Assembly: GCA_020184695.1 (NCBI GenBank)
Contig: JAANOX010000258.1
Location: 434,001-498,000 of the forward strand
Source of the DNA: Histomonas meleagridis 2922-C6/04-290x
Taxonomy: Eukaryota > Protista > Parabasalia
Direction of reading: 5' to 3'
Length of the DNA stretch: 64,000 nucleotides
Below are positions 45,315-59,587 of the stretch, one piece after another. The position numbers and the translations under genes are program-made. Within the stretch, counting starts at the first letter, position 1. Every line of letters starts with the position of its first letter. The notes beneath the pieces were generated by a model. The model was given only the letters and a program-made list of their open reading frames with translations, ran no database searches and was not told where the DNA came from.

Positions 45315-48300
45315 TCATAGTTCTTTGGAATATAATTCATTTTGCACTTCTTCTACTAATTCGTTCCATTTCTGCGTATCATTGTCATTGCTCCAAAACA
45401 TTGTTCTTTCTGTCGCTTTAATTCTAATAATTGGTTCTTCCAAAATGTCATCTTTGAGCAACTCTTCGACATATGGAATACTTTCGATAATTGGCGTCAT
45501 TTGGTAAATGCGCGCAAACATCGGATCGTTCGCTTTCACGCAAAACGTGTCGATCGCTCTGAAGACGCCATTACGAATCGCCTTCAGCTGCCGTTCGTAT
45601 GGTAATATGTAACTTTCCATTTCTTCGTTCGTTGGATTCGATTCAGCAAATTCTTTGTCGATGTCTTCGAAGTCATCTAAAATTGGTTTGCAGCCATAAA
45701 CGCAACGAATCACAACACGCGACAACTGAAGCGGAATCTGGAAATTAGTTGTGAACGCCCAATGCATCAAAAATCCGAAACCTGAAAACGCTTCGAAATC
45801 TGTTAAAGAATTTGCGTTTGGATTTGGGAACAAAAAGTTACTTTTTGCATTAATTTTAATAAATAATGAATTCGTTAAGTTACTTATATGACTATAAATT
45901 GTACTTTTACTATTCCCGAATTTAATTTTTAATGGGAAATTTTGTAAATGTTCTTCTGAGATAAAAAGTGAAAAATCGTTAAACCTTTGAAAGAAGTCTT
46001 TGAATTCAATTGAATTGAATATTTTCGATGGAAGACGTTTAAATTTACTGATGAACGATACACTTTCGCTCGAGTTTGCAAATTTCCAATTTAAGTCGAA
46101 GACAAACTCGCGCAATCCTTCTAACTCAAAATTATGGATAGAACAATATGAATCAAAGCCATTCTCTATGGAGTATAAATATATTTGGATCAAATAACAA
46201 ATTGATTCCGGTGAAATTGTCGGAAATATTTTTTGTAACATCGAACTATTTAACGCTAATGACGTCGGAATGTGATTGGAATGAAGGAGCCCGGCAATGA
46301 GGTAAATGTGCGACTCGACCTTATTCGTAAGCTGACTGACTAATTCTTGATATATTTTAATGATCTTTGTAATTGTAATTGGCGTAAAATGTCCAAATTG
46401 TGAAATTGGGATAATTCGAATCGGATATTTCTCTTTCGCATTTTGATTAAACGAAAGTAAAAATTTGTTAGATTTGACAATCGAAAATCGCTCTTTAACT
46501 TCAATGTTGTTGACATATATGGAATTATTGACGAAATTCGTCGAATAAATTGCACAACTATCAACGTTATCATACGAAATATTGAAATCTTTCGTTTGTT
46601 CTTTCGGTGAAATTTCGGTAACTAATGTCGGAGCAGAGAAACAGTCAAGCGTGACTGTGGTGATGATTGGCAACTTGAGCTTGGAGACATTACCTAAAAT
46701 TTCGAATTTATTTTCGCGTGGTAATACTAATTGGATACAAATATTCATCGCAAGTTTAGAGATGTAATTACCTTCAAAGTTATTGATAAGAAGTTCTAAT
46801 GTATTAACAAAGTTTTGACGAACAATTTCCAAATCGTCGCTTTGATTCGTGATGCAATAAATAGAAAATAATGTTAACGTGATTCCTAATGTAAAATGCG
46901 TAATTTTACTGATTGATTCAAATGATATAATTTTTATATATTCATTAATAATATGTTTCGGAATTTTACGTTTTATTAAGATTAAATAATACCAAATTGT
47001 ATAAGTTTCAGGAAATATAATTTTCCCATCATTTAATATGTATTTAAACAATGGAATTAATATTTTTTCATGTAATTGAATCAAAATGTTTTCATTTCGT
47101 TCTGAAACTTTAATTAAATAATTTATAAATTGTAATGAAAACTCAAATAAATAATTTTCATACAAATTAATTGGTGAAATTGTTAATATTATGAAGTCGC
47201 TCGATGTAATTCCTTTTATCTTAAATAAATCGCCAATTAATGTGATTTGACTATTTTTAACAATCGAATCATATTTACAATTACTTTGCGAATCTAAAAA
47301 TTCGATATTCGTTTGTGAGAATTTAATATTATTAATTCGAATATAAATTAAATCCGAATATGGACGTTCTACATCAATAATGTTTTGTGATGACACAATA
47401 ATTGATTTTTCTTCTTTAATTTTTGGATTAGTTAATGTATTTAATGTTAATTCTAAAAATGAATTAAATAAATTCGAATTTATAATATATTTAAATATAA
47501 TTTTACTTTCTTCCGAATATTTACCTTGAATTGATTGTTTATTACCAAAATTGGATATTATTTTCGGTATTATTTCTATAAGATTTTCATTTGAATATTT
47601 ATTGGAATTGTTAATAATGTCATTAATTAATATTAATGAATTCGCTTTTTCATTTATCATATTAAGATAAAAGTTTCGTTTTTCTTCACTAAACATTGAA
47701 TGTTGAATGTTTTCATTATATAAATCGGGATTTAGAAATTCTGGAATCGTTCGCTTGATACGTTCAATTCCATGCGAAAACTTTTCATAATTTTCTAAGT
47801 TATCTAATGGCGATAAATATGAATTACGTTCAATGTTACGTTCGAAATTCGTATTCGAATGATAATATATGTTATTCCGTTTGGTTAATAATCCAATTTT
47901 ATGTTTTTCTTCACATGAAAGTATAATTGGTCGTTCAACATCTGTTTGATATAAGTTTTTATTATCGAAATTATAAAATTCATCAAGTTCCGCATCAATG
48001 TTTTCTAATGTGATTAAATTCATTGATTTATCTGATACAATTAAAGGCTCTTGAGTTTGAACAATTAAATCATTCGAAATTGAAATATTTTCAATGTTTT
48101 TGATATATAAATGGTAAATTACCGTTGTTAATTTTTATCGAATTCAAATTATCTAATGTGATAATAACTGTAACACTTTCATATATTTCAATTCTTTTTA
48201 TTGATTCGTTAACAATTGAATTATTTTTAATGATTAATGCAAATTTATCTTCAAATGAAACATAAAATCCAATCGTAACTAATTCATTATTAATATTTAT

Positions 48301-51300
48301 ATGATATTTATAAAGTTCAAATGATTTATCAATGCCATTTATCAATGAAATATCAAAACTTTCGGATTCAACTGATATTTCGAAATATAAAAATTTATTT
48401 TTCGTTTGAATCTTTGGTAATAATTGAAATGAATTCGAACTTAATAAAATTCGTTGATTATGATTTAATGATGTAATTCTTTTATTTGAATAAATATGCG
48501 TAAATTGTTTAATGTTATTTTGTGGCTTAATTAAGAAAAATTGGAATATTTTTTTACTTTTGACTATTTTCGGCGTTTCTTTACTGATAAAAATTGGTGA
48601 AATTTCGCCATAAATTGATAATGAAACTTTCGGAAAATAAATTTCGTCGCCAATTTGTATAAACATTTCATCATATGTATCAATAAATCCAAATGTAATT
48701 TCTTCTTTAGTGATTTGAATTGTTGTATTACAGACATGTAATCGTAAATCAGAATCAATTAAAAATGTATATGTATAACAACTATTTGTTTGACAATAAC
48801 CAAATAATGAATTTGGCTCTGGTTTAAATGTTAAATATTTTTTTTTTTTTTTTTTTTTAATGATAAAAATTTGTTTTTCTGAATTTTCTTCGATTAAATA
48901 TTTATATAAATTCTTTTCATTTTCTTCATTAAATGGTTCAAATTTATGGATTAAATTATTTACTTCAATTTCATTAATCAAATTATTATTATAATTATTA
49001 TAACTTAATTCTGCTAATGCTAATTTAGCTTGTCGTGAATATGAACTATTTAACAAATGTTTAACTGCTTCAATTAATTCATTGTTTTGTTTCGGTATAA
49101 ATTTCGGATAAATTGGTATAAATTTCAAATTATAATAATTCATGTTAATATTATTAAGGATTGGGAAATCTAATTTAATACCTTCTTTATCAATTAAATG
49201 AAAATTGAAATAATCCATCCCAAAGATTCGATATGTTTCATTGTTTTGTATTAAGCGAACTTTTTTTGATATAAAATGAATTGGTAAAAAAATCGTTGCG
49301 ATAATATTAACAAACAACTAAATGCTTTCGGCTCCGGCACTTGTAAATATTTCGTTAATTCATATAAAGAATTTGAGTCAATTAATTCGCGTAATACATA
49401 TGTTCTTAATATTGAATAATTTTTACCAATTGAAAACTGTTCTTCATTTTCATATTTAATTTCTTCAAAATAATTTTTACCAATAATTGTTAATAATTCT
49501 TCAAAATTTGGTAATTCATTAACTTTAGCTTTAAGTTTAAACTTATGAATAATTTCTAATATATTTAATATAATATTTGGACAATTAAATTTTAGTAATG
49601 ATATAATTAAATGTGTTAAAATTGGTTTAACTTCTTCTGTTTGGTTTAAATATTTCGGAATTTCAGATAAAAATATTAAATAAGGAATTTGAAACTTTGG
49701 TGAATTTATTTCTCGTTTATCATTAATTTCAATAAGATATGAAATAAATTTATATATTAATGTGTCGTTATTCTTAATTATACATTGAAAAACTAACTTC
49801 GATTTATTAATTAATGATTCGATATGTTTATCTTCAATTTTTATTAATATATTCGAAAATTTTTCATAATAATTTTTAATGATATTTTTAACTTTTTCAT
49901 CAATAGTTATATCTAATTTAAGCGCTAATATTAATTTCGTTGAAATATTTATTAATTCATTTAAAGTGTTATCAATAACATCAATATCTTTAAATGATTC
50001 TATTAATTGTTGTCCAAGTTCTTTACCTTCTTTAGTATCTTTAAGTGTGTCGATTAAATATGAACATTTTTCTTCTGTAATATGTGTTAATGGATGTAAT
50101 AAAAGAAATCCAGAAATTTGTTTGAAAAAATCAATTTTTTCGATGTTTGAATATGAAATTATATTTTCTGGTCGATTTGAAATCATTAATAATTTATTTA
50201 AACTTAATTCTTTAATTAAATCATTTTCATATAAATATTTAATAATTAAAAATGTAATTGGAAATACTGAATTTGAGTCAAATAATTTTTGTAATATTTC
50301 TTTATCTTCTTCATTAGTATAAATTGTTAATAATTGTTCTAATAAATTTTCTTTTTCTTCTTTAGTAAGTAATTTTTCATTTATTATATTCTTAGGAATA
50401 TTAAATTTATAAATATTTCCCATTTCATTAATTTTACTCGTTAATTTATAAAGAATATCAAAGAAAAAATATCCAAAATCATAAAAAGGATTCGGCGATA
50501 AAAATGGCGCTGACTGTGTAATAAATGCTGTGATAATTGCTTTGTAACCATAGCCATTAATAGATTCATCACTTACAAATTTAAATGTCAAATGTGTGGA
50601 CGTAGTTTTAATATGCGATGTCCAATTCTCAAATTTACCACTCATTTTATCTGTAAGTGGATTTTCCATTTTGGCATCTGTAAATATTTGCAAGTAATCT
50701 GCATTTCGCTCTGTTTCTGTTTGTGAATCAAAATCAATTGTAATGTAACGCGCTTCTGGAAAATTATAATGTTTAACAATTTCTTTTCCATTTTCATATG
50801 GATGCGGCGTTTCTTCGATTGTTACTATTGTCGAATTTGATGGATTTCGTCCTTTTTTATGTTTATTCGCAAATATTTCTAAATCTTTAATTGTAGTATA
50901 TTTCAAAAACTCTTTTACAAATGGAATTATATATTGACTTATCGAATTATCGATAATTGTTGATGTTAAATATATTTCAAGTGGATAAATAATATATGGA
51001 ATTAATGTAGACAAAACATATTTAGAACATTTTTGTAATATTGGAAGTAATTGTAATATTATTGATGGAGAATAAATATATTCTTGAAATATTCCGCGAT
51101 TAATTGTTATAAGTAATGTTGATAAAAATGGATAATTTACTAATGAATCTTTGACTGATTCTTCAATAATATAAATAAATTTCGGAGTCATTAAAACTGT
51201 GATAAATATATAATAATTACAAAATCCTTTCGAAAAGATTTGATATATTTCTTCTGTTGTTAATTCTGTTAAAAGAAGTTCGCATTTTTCGATTGTATCA

Positions 51301-52952
51301 AAGTATAAATTATTTGGCTGATTTATAATTGAAATTATTAAATTAATTTTAAGTGTTTGATTTAAATCTTTTGATTTTATTATATTAATAATTGTATCAA
51401 AATCTAAATTCGATGTTTTAACTTCGCGTGTTTGATAATAAATATATAACATTAAAATTGATGGCTCCAAAAATTTTTTCGAATTTTCGATTTCTTTTTG
51501 TGTATTCTCTTCTGAAAAAATTGATTTAATTAATGTTAATAATATTTTAAATGTTCCGTTTTCATTCGGTGATATTAATGTTTCACTTTCTAAATCAAAT
51601 GAAATAAATGGCGAGAAAAATGTCGAATATGCTGTGTACTCTGTTTCGCCTGTTTCTTTCGATATCGAATATATTAATGTCGTCTTGTTTGAGTTTGGAA
51701 CTGATATGTGAAGCATAATTTCGTCTGAATATAAATCAATAAATTTGTTTTCGAATATCGATGAAACTGTTTCCTTTGATTCAATTGTTACATTAATTTT
51801 TGACTTTAGTTTTCCATTATTTGTCGAATCAATAATATATGTATATAATGTATTACCTGAAATTATATAAAGTTCATTTTTTTATATGATGTGAAAGGTC
51901 CTTCTGGTAATGGTTCTGATATTTGTACTTCGTTAATGATTTCTAATGTATTAATATCAATGATTTTTAATTGTATTCGATGACATATTCGAAAATCGAA
52001 TAAATATTAGTTCGTTACATATTGACATGAAAATCGGATTCGACCGAAATTGGTCATTTTGCATAATTAATGAGCCTGGAATTGTTCCGCATAAACCTGT
52101 GCCGACTTTAGCAATGCCAAACGTTGGATCTGATACGTATAGAAAACCTCTGTGCGACGCACATTTACGCGTTGGATATTCATCAATGCTATGCGGTGTT
52201 GCTTCTCCACTTTTGAGTAATTTACAATAAATTTGTGTAAATTCGTTTAAATTTATAAAATGTTTTATATGAAAGCTCTGGAATGTTATTGTTATCTTTG
52301 GTATTTAACTGTGCAAAACGAGACAGAATTGCTGCTGAAACTTGAATATGTGGACGTATTGTCGACATTATTAGAATGTCTTCTGCTTTTAGAGCGATGT
52401 TCAATAAAAATCAAACCAAAACGAAAAAATTGAATCAATTGACGCTGCTGAATCTTTTAAAAAAATTGATGTCTGGAATAACCACTTAGTGATTTTATCT
52501 GATATTTCTGGTACATCCCAATTAGTAGAATGGTCATTTTCATGTAAAAAAGAACTTAACTTTGGAATTATATTTACAATTAATTGTGGCGTTTGCTTAA
52601 GTGTCGTTTCAATTAAAGGAACAAAAACATCACGCATGATATAAAATGGTGCTTTTAATTGAGGTGTCACAATATCTTCTATTTTAGGAAAAACAACTTC
52701 TTTTTGGATTAATGAAAAATGATAATATTCCTTAAGTTGCTCTCGGATTTTATCGAGTTCTTTCATTTCTTCAATGTCTTCATTTCGATCTTCTTCAACT
52801 ACTCGGTCAACCATTGGAAATTCAGAGAGTAATTTTTCTCTGTCAAGAATATTAAAATCATCAATAAAAGATTGAATTGTGTCTCTTCCATATATCATTC
52901 CTGGTCCATATTTTGCATATAATTTTTGGAGAGTTGAATCTTCATTTTCCAT
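45315..52952 (-). CDS. Giant HECTD4/MYCBP2-like protein (probably one ~2500-aa ORF split by frameshifts) with CUB-like and HECT-like regions
   Basis: Same-strand abutting ORFs 52401-52952, 52222-52404, 49251-51716, 48091-49317 and 45315-48023. GFLYVSDPTFGIAKVGTGLCGTIPG at ~52090-52150; CUB-like ETPHPYENG...IDFDSQTETERNADYLQIF; HECT N-lobe-like FSGFGFLMHWAF...LDDFEDIDKEF. Confidence 0.5.
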
Positions 52953-53044
52953 GAATTTGTGGTGACCGTTAAAACAGAATCATTTTTTTGACATTTAAAA
53001 AATAAAAATATTTCCAAATAAAATTGTTAAATTACATTATTTTA

Positions 53045-55651
53045 TTCAAACATTAAATGGAGTTTATCATCGTGACGTATTTTTATATTTTGTTTCAAAT
53101 GTCAATATTTGTTGAAGTACTTCTTCTGGGTTTCCTGTTTCTGCAACTTGAATCATCTCTGATGGAAAACGTTGCGGAATTTTTCGGACTTTCTTCATCT
53201 TCAACAATTAATTCAGTGAAATCTTTCTTACATTTATCTTTATCTAATATTATTAAATGATTTAATTGTGATTCTTCCCCGACTTTTTCTCATCATGTAA
53301 CCAACCGCTGTTTCAACAACACTTTTTTTCGCGTTTCGTAATTACTTTGAATCCATTCTGTGGAATCTGTTGAAAATGATTCAAATGATTTTTGGATGAC
53401 TTGAAGCTCATAACTTAACATTTCTGATATTTGTTCCAGAACTGTTATTAAATATGAATCATCATCTGATAGCGCACTAATAATTTCGTCTGTTCCATTT
53501 ATTTTTGATAATATAAATGGATTCTTTTCTCTTATAAGTCTGTTTCGTGTGCGCGTTGAAATTGGTGTCGTCGTATGAACATATGTAAGTGATGCATCAG
53601 AAATATTTTTTAATTCCTTCTATTTGCTCATAAAGTGGTGATTCAAATGTTTGCGTTTTGTCTTCTGTTTTTAGGTTTGTTCGATCCGCTGATTCGAACT
53701 TTTTTGAAACCTTTTCGTTGACTTAAATGTGAAGGATCAACATAAAGATTTAATTTCTTTCGTGGAATTGGTGTAACTAAATCAGTGTTTGTAAGTATTT
53801 GATTTAAATCTGAAATTAATGAATTCGTTGATGTCCATCGATCAATTTCAGCTTGTGTTAAATATGTGAAACAGTTGTTTATAATTTCAAAAAGTGCTGT
53901 TCGCAATGGTATGTCAAATAGTTCCTTTTGCTTAATTTCTTCTTCTGATTTACGTTCGTTTTCGATTTGAATTAGTGAGTCATGAAGTGCATTTAAACGA
54001 ATAAAACATTCGTCTTTAACTTTTTGAACTTTTCTCATTCCTCTTTCAACTTGACTACAATGCCATTGCTGAAAATCAAAAACAAGGCTTTGCGATGAAC
54101 TTGGACGTAAAAGGAATTCGCGCATTTCATTTCGTGCATTTTGAAGATGTTTAATCAGTTTTAAATGTGTTGAGTTAATTACTGTAAATATATTTGAAAC
54201 AGTGCTTTCATATGTTTGATGAATTGTGTTCCAATGTTCAACAAAAAATGTTTTGATTTCATCTGACAATGTTTGAATTGGCTCTAAAAGTGTTTGAAAC
54301 ATTACATCTGTTGGATATGAAGGTTCAGTTGGCGTTTGAATATTTGAAACAAGTTCTTTTATTTTATTTATTAAATCGCCGTTTATTTCTCTTGTGTTTA
54401 TTTCGATCTTATGATAAATGTTTGAAAATTTTTTTGTTGAATAATTTGGAAATTTGTTTTCATTGTGGATGTACGTAATGGAAATTGAATTATATCAAAT
54501 TTTGGATCTGGAACATTTTCAAGTTTTACAATTTCTGATTCTGTGTTCAAATTAATGTTTCGAATATCATATTGTTCATTAGTTTCTGTGTTATATACTT
54601 GTGATAACACATCGCGTAAAATTATTTCATTCGAAATATCGAGTTCAATAATCATATCAAATGGATTCATAACTGAAGGATTCGGAAGAGGCAAAAGATT
54701 CGTGAGTTTATTCCCATTTGTTGGAACAGGACGAAACTTTTCTGAAAGAGAATTATATTCTTCAATAGTATGTGGAAAACCAAAAACAAAACAATCTTCT
54801 TCACATGCAATAAGTTCATTAAATAGCTCATCAATGCGATTTTCAAATTGATTTGCAAAAATGGGTTTAAAACCAACGCACTCGGAAATATGCGCTAAAT
54901 CTTCATCAGTGAAAAGAAGAGGTTTAAAAAGAACACAAACAGAACGACAGCGACGATGTGCGAGTTCTGGCATTACATAATTTGGATCACAACAATGTAA
55001 AAGCGTTGTGATTAGTTTATATGTGGAAGTGCGAAGTGCCTTAGAATAACTACGAACAGAAAATTCCGGTATAGAAATATGCTCAAAGTCAAATGATATG
55101 CTTTTCTGTGTAAAAAATGTAACAATAGATGTATAAAACCGTGGGATGAATGATAAAATATCTGAGATACCAATGAGTTGAAGAGATGTTGTAGTGATTT
55201 GTTCAATTGTTTCTTTAACATATTCTTCTGTTAATTTATTTGATTGATTTTCAATGTTATTTTTCCAATAATCACAAAGTTTAAGGTGATGTTGAACATT
55301 GAATTCATATTCTTCTTTAAGTTTTTGAATAAGTTGTTGAACACGCTTTTGTGAAATAGCAAAATCATATTTTCGTTGAATAATATATTCTTCATTTCTT
55401 GAAATTCGATTTTGAATAAAATCTTTTTTATTGGAATAAGATTTCTTAAGTTCTGCTTTTAATTCAATTTCTGGTTTAGATGGTTTGCATATTCGTTTAT
55501 ATAAATAACTTCCTAAAAAATTGTTCATATAATTATCAATTTCATTCGTACATTTAGATTGAAGGATTACTCTGTTTTTACTAAGGAGTTCTAAGCTTTG
55601 TTCTTCTTCATGTCTTCTTGATTTCAATGAAGAAAGAATCTCATCATCCAT
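53045..55651 (-). CDS. SPEF2/CPC1-like flagellar coiled-coil protein (frameshifted pieces; 3' end approximate)
   Basis: ORF pieces 54398-55651 and 53643-54302. HWNTIHQTYESTVSNIF...REFLLRP...LVFDFQQW...KDECFIRLNALHDSLIQIENERKSEEE resembles the SPEF2 central region by eye. Confidence 0.4.
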
Positions 55652-55708
55652 TTGTACGTTACAAAATTCAATGTTTAAAAAGTCGGGGAGAACGTTTACT
55701 TCGGACCA

Positions 55709-56206
55709 ATGATTATCAAGCAAGTTAAAACTACTGAAGAAATCAATGAACTCGCAAAGTTAGCTGATACAGTATGGCATGAGTATTTTCCTTGCATACT
55801 ATCAAGTGAACAAATCGATTATATGGTCAAAAAGTTTCAATCTGTTCCTGCACTTACTGACCAATTAAATAACCAAGGTTATAGATACTTCTTCCTAGAA
55901 CTAGATGGAACTAAAATTGGTTACACTGGTATCAAATCTGAAGACGGTAAGTTATTTTTAAGTAAAATTTATATATTAAAACCTTATAGAGGCCATGGAT
56001 ATGCAAGCAAGACTCTTCAATTTTTGGATGACCTTTGTAAAAAAGAAGGTCTTAAATCGATATGGCTCACTGTCAACAAGAATAACGAACCAACTATTGC
56101 TGTTTACAAGAAAAAAGGATTTCAAACAATCCGCACACAAGTGGCTGACATTGGAAATGGTTTTGTGATGGATGATTACATCATGGAAAAAACTGTTGCA
56201 GCATAA
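55709..56206 (+). CDS. GNAT-family N-acetyltransferase, bacterial type
   Basis: Intact 165 aa: LADTVWHEYF...EQIDYM, LSKIYILKPYRGHGYAS (acetyl-CoA motif A), WLTVNKNNEPTIAVYKKKGF, IGNGFVMDDYIMEK. Confidence 0.9.
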   Translation: MIIKQVKTTEEINELAKLADTVWHEYFPCILSSEQIDYMVKKFQSVPALTDQLNNQGYRYFFLELDGTKIGYTGIKSEDGKLFLSKIYILKPYRGHGYASKTLQFLDDLCKKEGLKSIWLTVNKNNEPTIAVYKKKGFQTIRTQVADIGNGFVMDDYIMEKTVAA

Positions 56207-56509
56207 GTAGTTAAAGGCAAAAAATTAAGCGCACGGATCAACATAAAATAAATTTAAAGAAATGCGCAAAGATAATTTTTTTTTCAAAGTTTTTAATTGA
56301 ATTTCAAATTTGTTGATTATTTTGATTATAAAATATATATTGATATGCTGTAAAATTTAGTATTCTTTTCATACTAAATAATGATTTTAGTGCTTTGAGA
56401 AATGATGAAGAATTTTTGCCTAAATAAAACTGTTTTGGAATAAAATGAACGATTATTTTCAATTCAATGTGAAATAAATTTTTTAATTTTTTGTTTGGAA
56501 TAAAAAAAA

Positions 56510-58235
56510 ATGGAAAACAAGAGCGAAAGCTATGATTTTCCAGCCAAAAAGCATTTACTTCAATCACTAGAACGTATTGTTTTTGGTTTAAATGAGACTA
56601 ATTTTAAAGAGACAATACAATCTGTTATTGATTTGTATGATGATTCTTTTCCATATTCTTTTCAAACAATAATTAACAGACTAATTTACTCGTCCTTTTT
56701 ATCACAAAGGAAGGATGCAAAAATGTATTTTCTTTTTTTGAAAGAAATTGAGATGAAATTAAAAAATTTTAACCATGATTTTCCAAAATATTTTGATTCT
56801 TTTGTTTATTTTATAATGAATTTAACAACACAAGAATCATATTATCTTCTAGAAAAAATGATTGAAGAAAAATTAATTGAACCAAAATTAATTAAAAAAT
56901 CAGAAGTTTATTTTTTACATCACATGTCAGAAGAAGAAATAAACAACACAAAAGATTCATGTGTTGCTATTCTTAGACGTAAAGGACAATTTGTACCAAA
57001 TATTCAAGATCTTTCTAAAGACAATTGGAAAAATCATATAAAATGTATTCAAGAAGGAGTAAATCCAACGAAAAATAACAATTGCACTTCGTAATGATGA
57101 TCTAGAAATGTTACAAGATATTACATCACAAAATAATTTTAATTTTTAATCATTGAGCCATCATTATATGAAATGTGTTCTTTTGTTAATAATGTCGGTG
57201 TTTCACTTATAGATTATTCAGCATTTTTGGATCAGTTAAATGTTTTTAAATTTTTATTATTAAATGGATCTAATTCATTAAACACTGGAAGGTTTGCAGT
57301 TGCAGGTGGAAATCTCGAAATTATACATTTATGTGAACAAAATTCTTCATCATTTTCTAAAAGTTATGAAGCAGCAATAGAATTTCATCATAATAATATA
57401 TTTTATTATCTTTATGATAACAAAAATTATAAATATTAATAATAATGAATTAAATGAATTAGGAATAAAATGTATTCAATGTAATAACTTTGAAATCCTT
57501 TCATTTTTTAGAAGAAATCGGAATGAAAATCAATAATTCATTAATTAATGAATCTGCAAGAAATGGAAACATTAATCTTATTAAACAGTTTATAAAAATA
57601 TGACAAATTGAAAAGGATATTTTAATTGATTCTGTAAATTCTGGTAATATTGAACTTATTAAATATATTCTTTCACAAAAAGGAATAAATATCAATGCAA
57701 AAAATGTTTTATTAATGTTTTTAATATTTGTTTTTAAATTTTCTTGTTTTAATTTTTTATATTTAGTGTTTATTTAATTTGTTTTATACAGCTTTGATGC
57801 AAGCATGTAAAATTGGACGAAATGATATAATTAAATTACTTCTCGAACAAAAAGGAATTGATATAAATGCAAAAAATGTTTTTATGTTAAATTTAATATT
57901 AAATTCTTTTATTTTGGGTTTATTTTTCATATTTGGAATTTATTTTGATATTATCAAACAGCGCTTATTTGTGCATGTCAAAATAATATTGTGGATAATG
58001 TTAAATTACTTTTGTCTCATAAAGAAATTGATATGCATGCAAATGATATAAATTTAATATATTTAATGATTAATTTCTTTATATTGGATTTCAAAAATAA
58101 ATTTGGCGTTTTTTCTAATGATTTTCTACAGCTTTAATGCACGCAACAAAAAAATCGTATAAAGAAATTGTTGATATTCTTCTTGAACAAGAAGGTATTG
58201 AAGTTGATAAATCAATTTCAAGATGTGATTCATAA
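56510..58235 (+). CDS. Diverged DUF3447-type ankyrin gene with three modules behind 82/80/80-nt spacers; frameshifts in the 5' body
   Basis: SLIDYSAF, GRFAVAGGNLEIIHLCEQ, AAIEFHHNNIFYYL; spacers 57706-57787, 57878-57957 and 58048-58127; modules TALMQAC.., TALICAC.., TALMHAT..; TAA at 58233-58235. Confidence 0.7.
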
Positions 58236-58807
58236 TTCAGTAAATGTAATTATAAATAATAATTATTATTTGATTTGGATATGTGAATTTTTATTAAAAA
58301 AATGAGTTCTTACAGTATAATTGGCTTTTAACAATTATCAAGCATAATAAACTGTGATAAAAATGATATAAGGTTTAAGCAAAAAACACGAATAATTGTT
58401 TCAATTATGTCTCAAATCTCAACTGTTATTAGTGATTGCCATTTAAAGAATGAACGAGTTGTATTGCTGTAATTACAATTCATGTTGACATATTTTTGTG
58501 TTGTTGTTATTCAAGTAACCATATCTAAGTTTATTTTACTTTATTAAACTTTATAAGCATTGATACATAGCTTATCAATATAATGACAAAATTGCAACAC
58601 AATTAGTTATGAGATTTATAAAATTGCATTTTGAAAAGCATTCTTAAATAAAACAAATTAAGAGAATAATAGTTGCAGATATGAACATCTCCAACTGGAT
58701 AAATTATGGCATATAGTTTAAAATATTTTATAAAATAAATCAGAGATTTTGATATTTATATCTATCAGATTCATCAAAGAAACTACATCCTTAATACTTC
58801 AAATAAT

Positions 58808-59587
58808 TTATTGGGAAAACTTTCCAATAGATGAGCATATGCTGCAAATCCCTTCATCTGGCGAAGGCAATCCGCAATTGGTACATTTGAAATCATATTT
58901 TATTGTTGGAAGTCTTTCTCCCATTTTTTGGATCGCAAATGGAGTTCCTCCATGTCCATCGTTTCCGACAGCTACCAACATGTTAGCTTCGAACGAAAAC
59001 GCGTTTTGGAATGCAGAATGAGAACAATCAACTTTGATATTGTTTTGCGTGCAATAAAATTTTATTTCTGATTCAAGACATTGTCGAGCAGGTCTTAGAA
59101 TAGAAACAGGCAAATAGTTTGTGGTGTCATCAGTTGATATCCAATGTATTACGTCTGGCCTTCCACATGAAATTGCGCCAAGTGTAGCTAAAGATATGTG
59201 ATCTGCATTATCCCCTAAAACAATACAATTAAAGTCATTTTGTATAGCATACTGGACAACTTCAGTAAGTGAAAAATGTGGGATATGAATTAAATTGGGA
59301 ATATCTAGATCGTAAGATGATATTGCACACAATTTCTTGATAACAGCTGATTTGCCTTTAAGAGTGGTGTTTATACGCTTAGAAAGAAGATCCCATACAA
59401 ATGCTGAAGAAGGACCTCCTGAAACACAAACAAGAATATGAACTGGATAAGAAATTAATTTCATGCCTTTCTTGAGTAAATCCATTGTAGACCGACCAAC
59501 TTGATCACAAATACATTCTGCGCATTTTTTTACACCCTTCCTGAGTTCAAAGAGAGTCGCCTCCTTTTTGCACCCGCAACAAGCCAT
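58808..59587 (-). CDS. CTU2: CTU2/Ncs2-like cytoplasmic tRNA 2-thiolation protein
   Basis: N-terminal CxxC...CxxC, PP-loop-like ILVCVSGGPSS, ILRPARQCLESEIKFY, TPFAIQKMGERL and C-terminal CxxC...CxxC. Confidence 0.65.
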   Translation of the reverse strand: MACCGCKKEATLFELRKGVKKCAECICDQVGRSTMDLLKKGMKLISYPVHILVCVSGGPSSAFVWDLLSKRINTTLKGKSAVIKKLCAISSYDLDIPNLIHIPHFSLTEVVQYAIQNDFNCIVLGDNADHISLATLGAISCGRPDVIHWISTDDTTNYLPVSILRPARQCLESEIKFYCTQNNIKVDCSHSAFQNAFSFEANMLVAVGNDGHGGTPFAIQKMGERLPTIKYDFKCTNCGLPSPDEGICSICSSIGKFSQ

